From positions 131,564,001 through 131,628,000 of the forward strand of contig CM059434.1 in assembly GCA_030390025.1 (NCBI GenBank): 64,000 nt of DNA. Reading direction: 5' to 3'. Positions 62,101 through 64,000 of this stretch are shown here, piece after piece. Source of the DNA: Squalus acanthias. Lineage: Eukaryota. The position numbers were made by a program, and so were the translations under genes. The notes beneath the pieces were generated by a model. That model was not told the DNA's origin. It made no database searches and was given only the letters and a program-made list of their open reading frames with translations. Position 1 is the first letter of the stretch; every line of letters begins with the position of its first letter.

Positions 62101-63716
62101 CTTACCTACATCCCCACTGTGTTGAAATGAAGACTCATCACAAAGCCTCCTACTCTTAACTCACCATTTCCCAGGACCTCAAAGCTGGGGAAGTCCTTAC
62201 CCCATCCACCAATCCATCCTACCTTCCTCTGATAATCCTACCAAGCTTTTAAAACCCAAACTTGGCATACTTAATCATTTCATTTTCAGTTACCTGCCTT
62301 CTGTTTTACCCTTTTCATCCTTGATGTTGTATAGCATTATGGGCATTATGCCTTTCCCTAGTTGTTCAATCATTTTATTTGGTTTATGTAAACATGCCAA
62401 TTATCTTAACTCCATAAGGACTTGCTAGGCTGTTCCAGTGACATCACTGAAAAGAATCACCAGTGTATCCCAGAGTGGATCCATAGGAAAAAGCCAGGGC
62501 AACTTTGGACCCTCTCAAGAGCTGCTTGACCCTGGGAAATCACAATTGGGCGTGCAGATTTCCCAGTTGACAGCACATTTTCCTGGAATTGCATGGTTCC
62601 AGGGCAGTTCTCAGGCTTGTCCAAAGTCACAGCTTCAGCAGTTTCCCACATTGACATTACTAGAGAAACTTAACAAGGTATCCACATGGTTACAAAAAAA
62701 ATTGCGATTTCCTCAAAAACTTGACAAACAAAATTCTGGAGATTCCAACTAAACCTTAAATCTCCTTTAATAGTCACTAAAAAAACCTAGACTTTTAACT
62801 TAGTACGATATTTGAACGCAGGTCCCAGAGGTGAACAAAGCATTCTCACACACTGTGTACCTTAGAATATTTATCAGATGAAAATATCTTCAGCCAAACA
62901 GCAGTAACCTTTCACGAGAGTTTGAATAACATTGGCAAAACTGCAAAATTGTCAGTGGCTCAACCTAGTGCATCAACAGCACCACAGAGTTGGAGAAAAC
63001 ATGAGGAGTTCCAGCTGTGGCCGCTCAAGTCAGAACATTGAAAATTCAGCACATTATCTAGGCCAACAGTACAGAGGGAGCATTGTATAACCAGAGATGC
63101 TGCCATGTAGATGAGACATAAACTAAGCTCCTCTCTGCCTGTTTGTGTGGTTCAGGTGAACGTTAAAGATCCATTGGCACTATCCAAAGAAAAGCAGGGA
63201 GTTCTGGAGTCCTAGCTAACATTTCTCACTTAACTACTATCACCAAACAGATTATTATGTGGGATCTTGCTGTGTGAAAACTGGCAGCTGTGTTTCCCTA
63301 CATAACAGTGAATGTACTTTAATGTAATTCACTTAATTCAAAGCACTTTGGGACATCCTGAGACACATGATGAATGTCAAGATGAAGGAGAGAAAGTATG
63401 TCCATTAGTGACCAAATATAGAAAGACATTGGGAAAGGATTCAGAAAAAGTCATAACTGCAGAATGGTCCATGGCATGCTGGATGCAAAAGAAGCAAAGG
63501 TAAATAGTGAAACATTATCATTTACCTGGTGGAAAGAACATTGTTCCAATGACACGACCCTCTATGAACTCTAATCTGGTGGTGCCTGGGGCCATATAAA
63601 AACGTTCTAATACAGTTGATGCCAGTACTGCCGCCTTGTCAAAATCACTGGAAATCCATCCATCATACACAGAAATAGTTATCGAAAGTGGGACTGTCAC
63701 ATCCTTCTTCCTCAGC
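40989..63716 (-). CDS. ACOT: Type-I acyl-CoA thioesterase / BAAT / ACNAT family gene, last 8 coding exons (5' exons lie beyond the window); symbol is family-level only
   Basis: Eight GT-AG exons with compatible phases give 1021 nt (about 339 aa plus stop) with no internal stop. Motifs: [55 protein letters not shown] and terminal SKL. Confidence 0.93.
42930..47005 (+). mobile_element. Degraded CR1 ORF2 in the last ACOT intron, split by a Harbinger insertion
   Basis: ORF2 fragments at 43101-43406, 45436-45747 and 46063-46920; 3' hairpin tail near 46960-47005. Confidence 0.88.
43566..45313. mobile_element. Non-autonomous Harbinger derivative with Myb/SANT remnant
   Basis: Imperfect TIRs GGGCTGCGATTTCGC / GCAAAATTCAGCCC; it interrupts CR1 aacaaatac..tttgtgtctg. 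Positions 43840-44060 read [34 protein letters not shown]. Confidence 0.82.
47177..47318 (-). CDS. ACOT-family exon with catalytic His (phase 0-1, 142 nt)
   Basis: tttcag|ATC..ACA G|gtgagc; [36 protein letters not shown]. Confidence 0.93.
47431..47511 (-). CDS. ACOT-family exon with catalytic Asp (phase 0-0, 81 nt)
   Basis: ggcag|GTT..GCG|gtaagt; [27 protein letters not shown]. Confidence 0.93.
49957..50120 (+). mobile_element. 164-bp non-autonomous Penelope-like retroelement insertion
   Basis: Perfect 13-bp TSD TATCTCATAGAAG (49944-49956 / 50121-50133), internal inverted repeat 49996-50010 / 50106-50120, and a hammerhead motif. The Penelope assignment is inferred. Confidence 0.78.
50026..50068 (+). 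ncRNA. Putative minimal type-I hammerhead ribozyme
   Basis: Stem I UCAC/GUGA, core CUGAGGA, one extra A, stem II GGAGC/GCUCC with a 9-nt loop, GAAA, palindromic AGCU stem III; predicted cleavage after U50064. Confidence 0.65.
51170..51750 (+). mobile_element. CR1 3' fragment
   Basis: ORFs 51282-51682; ttcttatgttct tail. Confidence 0.88.
52653..53889 (+). mobile_element. CR1 3' fragment with an open 384-aa RT region
   Basis: [22 protein letters not shown] and KFADD motifs; ttctatgattctat tail. Confidence 0.92.
54205..54750 (+). mobile_element. LINE 3' end (same family as 22850-24347)
   Basis: Colinear with 23812-24347 and ends in an A run. Confidence 0.88.
55176..55269 (-). CDS. ACOT-family exon (phase 2-0, 94 nt)
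   Basis: cccag|A..CAG|gtaaaa; [31 protein letters not shown]. Confidence 0.88.
55629..55711 (-). CDS. ACOT-family exon (phase 0-2, 83 nt)
   Basis: tttccccttag|CCC..AA|gtaagt; [27 protein letters not shown]. Confidence 0.88.
56340..56459 (-). CDS. ACOT-family exon with catalytic Ser (phase 0-0, 120 nt)
   Basis: cacag|GAG..CAT|gtaagt; [40 protein letters not shown]; Ser codon at 56393-56391. Confidence 0.93.
58347..58522 (-). CDS. ACOT-family exon (phase 1-0, 176 nt)
   Basis: tttttag|GC..GAG|gtaaag; [41 protein letters not shown]. Confidence 0.95.
58685..58940 (-). mobile_element. DeuSINE 3' part
   Basis: Reverse-complement Deu-domain and tail. Confidence 0.82.
59962..61680 (-). mobile_element. 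L2-clade LINE RT and 3' end
   Basis: [43 protein letters not shown] and SLDSIPT motifs; tail ggcgctatataaatacaagttg. Confidence 0.88.
60274..60386. mobile_element. hAT-type MITE (113 bp) nested in L2
   Basis: Degenerate TIRs CAATGTTCCCCCTAA / TTAGATAGAACATTA (11/15 match) and 8-bp TSD GTTGTCGG / GTTGTGGG. Confidence 0.65.
63065..63370 (+). mobile_element. DeuSINE (old)
   Basis: gatgagac..aaagatccattggcactatccaaagaaaagcagggagttct..aagcactttgggacatcctgag. Confidence 0.75.
63526..63716 (-). CDS. ACOT-family exon (phase 2-1, 191 nt)
   Basis: cttttag|G..CCA G|gtaaat; [35 protein letters not shown]. Confidence 0.92.
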
Positions 63717-64000
63717 CTAAAAGGTAAATTGACATATGCTGGGATTCTAACCGACTGCTAAAAGTCAAAATAGAATTAAAAATGTGATGGCATACATTTT
63801 CCTGTTTGGTAGAATTAGGTCTTTTGCCTGACTCCAGGTGATTTTCCGGCCTCAGGGCTATTTCCATAATTCGGGCGGGCTCCCTGGCCTCAGTGGACGA
63901 GGCCACGTGCCATGGGTTTGGAGAGTGGCTATGGCAGGCCTCAGAGAGCTGCTGCAGCAGAGCGTTGCCAGCAGCCACAGTGATGCCAGTTCAAGATTGA

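Overview
Eukaryotic, repeat-dense vertebrate DNA, most likely a cartilaginous fish (inferred from the DeuSINE/AmnSINE2-like SINEs, abundant CR1 LINEs and Harbinger transposons). Two host genes were reconstructed by hand from splice sites, both on the minus strand. (1) The leader exon (3745-3793) and V exon (2403-2762) of a non-rearranging VJ-type immunoglobulin-superfamily receptor with a CD28/CTLA-4/NKp30-like 'APPP..GNGT' motif; its transmembrane exon is uncertain or outside the window. (2) The last eight coding exons (63716 down to 40989) of an intact type-I acyl-CoA thioesterase/BAAT-family gene with a Ser-Asp-His triad and a C-terminal SKL peroxisomal signal. Most of the rest is nested transposons: many CR1 LINEs (two with nearly intact ORF2, one carrying two minisatellites), an L2, a solo LTR, Harbinger elements, a hAT-type MITE and SINEs. 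The two most unusual mobile-element signals are a 164-bp insertion with a 13-bp TSD and a minimal hammerhead ribozyme motif (49957-50120), and a LINE with a tRNA-like Pol III head and no ORF1 (36066-37569) lying next to what looks like its own internally deleted SINE derivative (34545-34939). Exon, TIR and TSD coordinates were counted exactly; other repeat boundaries are approximate. No database searches were run, so repeat family names come from recalled consensus motifs.
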